DNA of 10,017 bases from the NCBI GenBank assembly GCA_037381445.1, contig JARRQT010000123.1, positions 1 through 10,017 on the forward strand, in the 5' to 3' direction. Made by a program: the position numbers and the translations under genes. The notes beneath the pieces were generated by a model, which searched no databases, was not told where the DNA came from, and saw nothing but the letters and a program-made list of their open reading frames with translations. Source of the stretch: Calditrichia bacterium (GTDB taxonomy: Bacteria; Calditrichota; Calditrichia; RBG-13-44-9). Positions 8,210-10,017 of this stretch are shown piece after piece (positions within the stretch are counted from its first letter, which is position 1; every line of letters starts with the position of its first letter).

Positions 8210-10017
8210 TCAGTCCTTAAGCTCCATGGCCTCTGCGACAAGCAATGCAAGATCCTTGTTTTCCATCTGTTCCGCGCGATGGGTTTCCTGTATGCCGTCA
8301 TGTATCATGGTGGAACAGAAGGGACAGGCGGTGCTGACCACGTCAGGCTTCAGACCGGCAGCTTCATCTACGCGGTTGTGGTTCACCTTGGGACGCTCCT
8401 CCTCCATCCACATGCGTCCCCCGCCCGCACCGCAGCAGAAACCGTTTTCACGGGAACGTTCCATTTCCTTCAAATTTAATCCGGGAATCGCCTTCAGCAC
8501 TTCCCGCGGCGGATCATATACATTATTGTGCCGGCCCAGGTAGCAGGAATCATGGTAAGCAACCGTCTGATCCAGGCTGTTTTGCAGCTTGATGTGGCCG
8601 GACTGCAGCAGTTCATCCAGCAGTTGGGAATGATGCATTACTTCGTAATTTCCGCCGAACTGGGGATATTCATTGGACAGCGTATTAAAGCAGTGCGGAC
8701 AGATGGTAAGAATCTTCTTAAATTTATAGCGATTGATGGTCTCCACATTCTGTTCCGCTAGAATCTGGAAAAGATACTCGTTCCCGATCCGCCTGGCGGC
8801 ATCTCCGGTGCAGGTTTCCTCCTGCCCCAGAATCGCATATTTCACCCCGGCGGCATTCAAAATTTTGACCATTGCTTGCGCCACTTTCTGGGTGCGCATA
8901 TCGTAAGCGCCGGCGCATCCCACCCAAAAGAGATAATCCACCTCGTCCCCGACTTCCCGCATTTTTGGAACATCCAGACCGCTGGTCCACTTCTCGCGGT
9001 CTTCCGCTGAAATCCCCCACGGATTGCCGTTGGTTTCCATATTCTTGAATGTGGTTGTGACTTCCGATGGGAAGCGGCTTTCTTCCAGAACCAGATGCCG
9101 GCGCATCTCCACAATCTTGGGAATGTGTTCGATATAAACCGGGCAGGCCTGCTGACAGGCCCGGCAGGTGGTACATCCCCACAGTTCCTCATCCAAAACC
9201 GCCTTGCCGACCATTAACGGCATTTCCGGATTTTCTCCGTCCTTGCCATTGGCGGCCAGCATTGCCGGTCCATTGGTACGCATGTAATCCCGCAAGTCCA
9301 GGATCACTTTCATGGGAGAGAGCGGCTTCTGCGTGTTGGTGGCCGGGCAGGCATCCGAACAGCGGCCGCATTCAGTACAGGCATCCAGGTCCATCAGTTC
9401 TTTCCATGAAAAATGATTAATCTGCGAGGCGCCGAAATTTTCCACTTCTTCCAGCTCCATCTTGCCCAGCGTGCCTTTGGCCTGCAGGGACTGAAAAAAT
9501 ATATTCGCCGGGGCAGTAACGATATGCAGCAGTTTGGAGTAGGCAAAATAGCCCAGGAAAAAGAACGCCAGCCCCAGATGGAACCACCACAAAAGGTGGT
9601 GCGTTTCCCGCATGGCGGCAGCGGACCAGCCCGCACCCGCAAAAAAGTTTGAGAACCAGAATCCAATGGGCGACCAAGCCGCCCATTCCGGCTGGGTCAC
9701 ACCGATACGCAATCCTTCAATGACGAACCCGGTGAGCAGAATAAAAAAGAAGGTTGTGAGAATTACCGCGTCATCCCGGCGGGTCTTGAGGTTCGGCTTC
9801 CTGAAAAAAACACGGCGCACCGCCGCCATCAGAATCCCGATTATCACCAGGATGCCGAAAACATCCAATATAAATGAATAGAACAGGTAGAACCCGGCTT
9901 TCAAAAACTGCCATGAAAAGAAAGGATGGGTAATATCCGTCTGAATAAAAATGAGAATGGTTCCGATGGTCAATATAATAAAACCGGTGTAAAGCAGCAG
10001 ATGCATGAGTCCGGGGT
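8210..10017 (-). CDS. Membrane-anchored Fe-S oxidoreductase, FadF/heterodisulfide-reductase-related (NarI-like TM domain, 2x[4Fe-4S], two CCG domains); 5' end outside the window
   Basis: Hydrophobic helices with His residues (GLMH, WWFH, KLLH). Ferredoxin motifs CTECGRCSDACP and CTTCRACQQACP. CCG domains WVGC...ETCTGD...CPHC and YHDSCYLGRHN...CCGAGGG...CPFC. The frame is open to the right edge, so ATG 10006 is probably internal. Confidence 0.92.
   Translation of the reverse strand, partial: PGLMHLLLYTGFIILTIGTILIFIQTDITHPFFSWQFLKAGFYLFYSFILDVFGILVIIGILMAAVRRVFFRKPNLKTRRDDAVILTTFFFILLTGFVIEGLRIGVTQPEWAAWSPIGFWFSNFFAGAGWSAAAMRETHHLLWWFHLGLAFFFLGYFAYSKLLHIVTAPANIFFQSLQAKGTLGKMELEEVENFGASQINHFSWKELMDLDACTECGRCSDACPATNTQKPLSPMKVILDLRDYMRTNGPAMLAANGKDGENPEMPLMVGKAVLDEELWGCTTCRACQQACPVYIEHIPKIVEMRRHLVLEESRFPSEVTTTFKNMETNGNPWGISAEDREKWTSGLDVPKMREVGDEVDYLFWVGCAGAYDMRTQKVAQAMVKILNAAGVKYAILGQEETCTGDAARRIGNEYLFQILAEQNVETINRYKFKKILTICPHCFNTLSNEYPQFGGNYEVMHHSQLLDELLQSGHIKLQNSLDQTVAYHDSCYLGRHNNVYDPPREVLKAIPGLNLKEMERSRENGFCCGAGGGRMWMEEERPKVNHNRVDEAAGLKPDVVSTACPFCSTMIHDGIQETHRAEQMENKDLALLVAEAMELKD

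Noticed and set aside
1..10017. CRISPR arrays, IS or transposase genes, tRNA/rRNA, tandem repeat arrays, recoded stops or frameshifts
   Set aside because: None seen. All genes are intact single frames and the spacers are short and non-repetitive.

Overview
Gene-dense bacterial chromosomal housekeeping region with AT-rich spacers. I see no mobile element, CRISPR array, rRNA or tRNA. Seven co-oriented minus-strand genes run from right to left: dusB, larB, hsp20, lon, an SDR, rnhA and a secreted Fes-family esterase. The esterase is cut by the left edge and is missing from the supplied ORF track. A plus-strand CBS-pair gene is divergent from this run and converges, through an intrinsic terminator, on a FadF-like membrane Fe-S/CCG oxidoreductase cut by the right edge. 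All proteins belong to known families. The least explained part is the dusB-CBS spacer (about 7420-7655), which holds several hairpins whose G-U pairs form on the + strand and a hairpin plus U-tract. It is a candidate structured leader or sRNA. I cannot support a clearly new biological system from the sequence alone.
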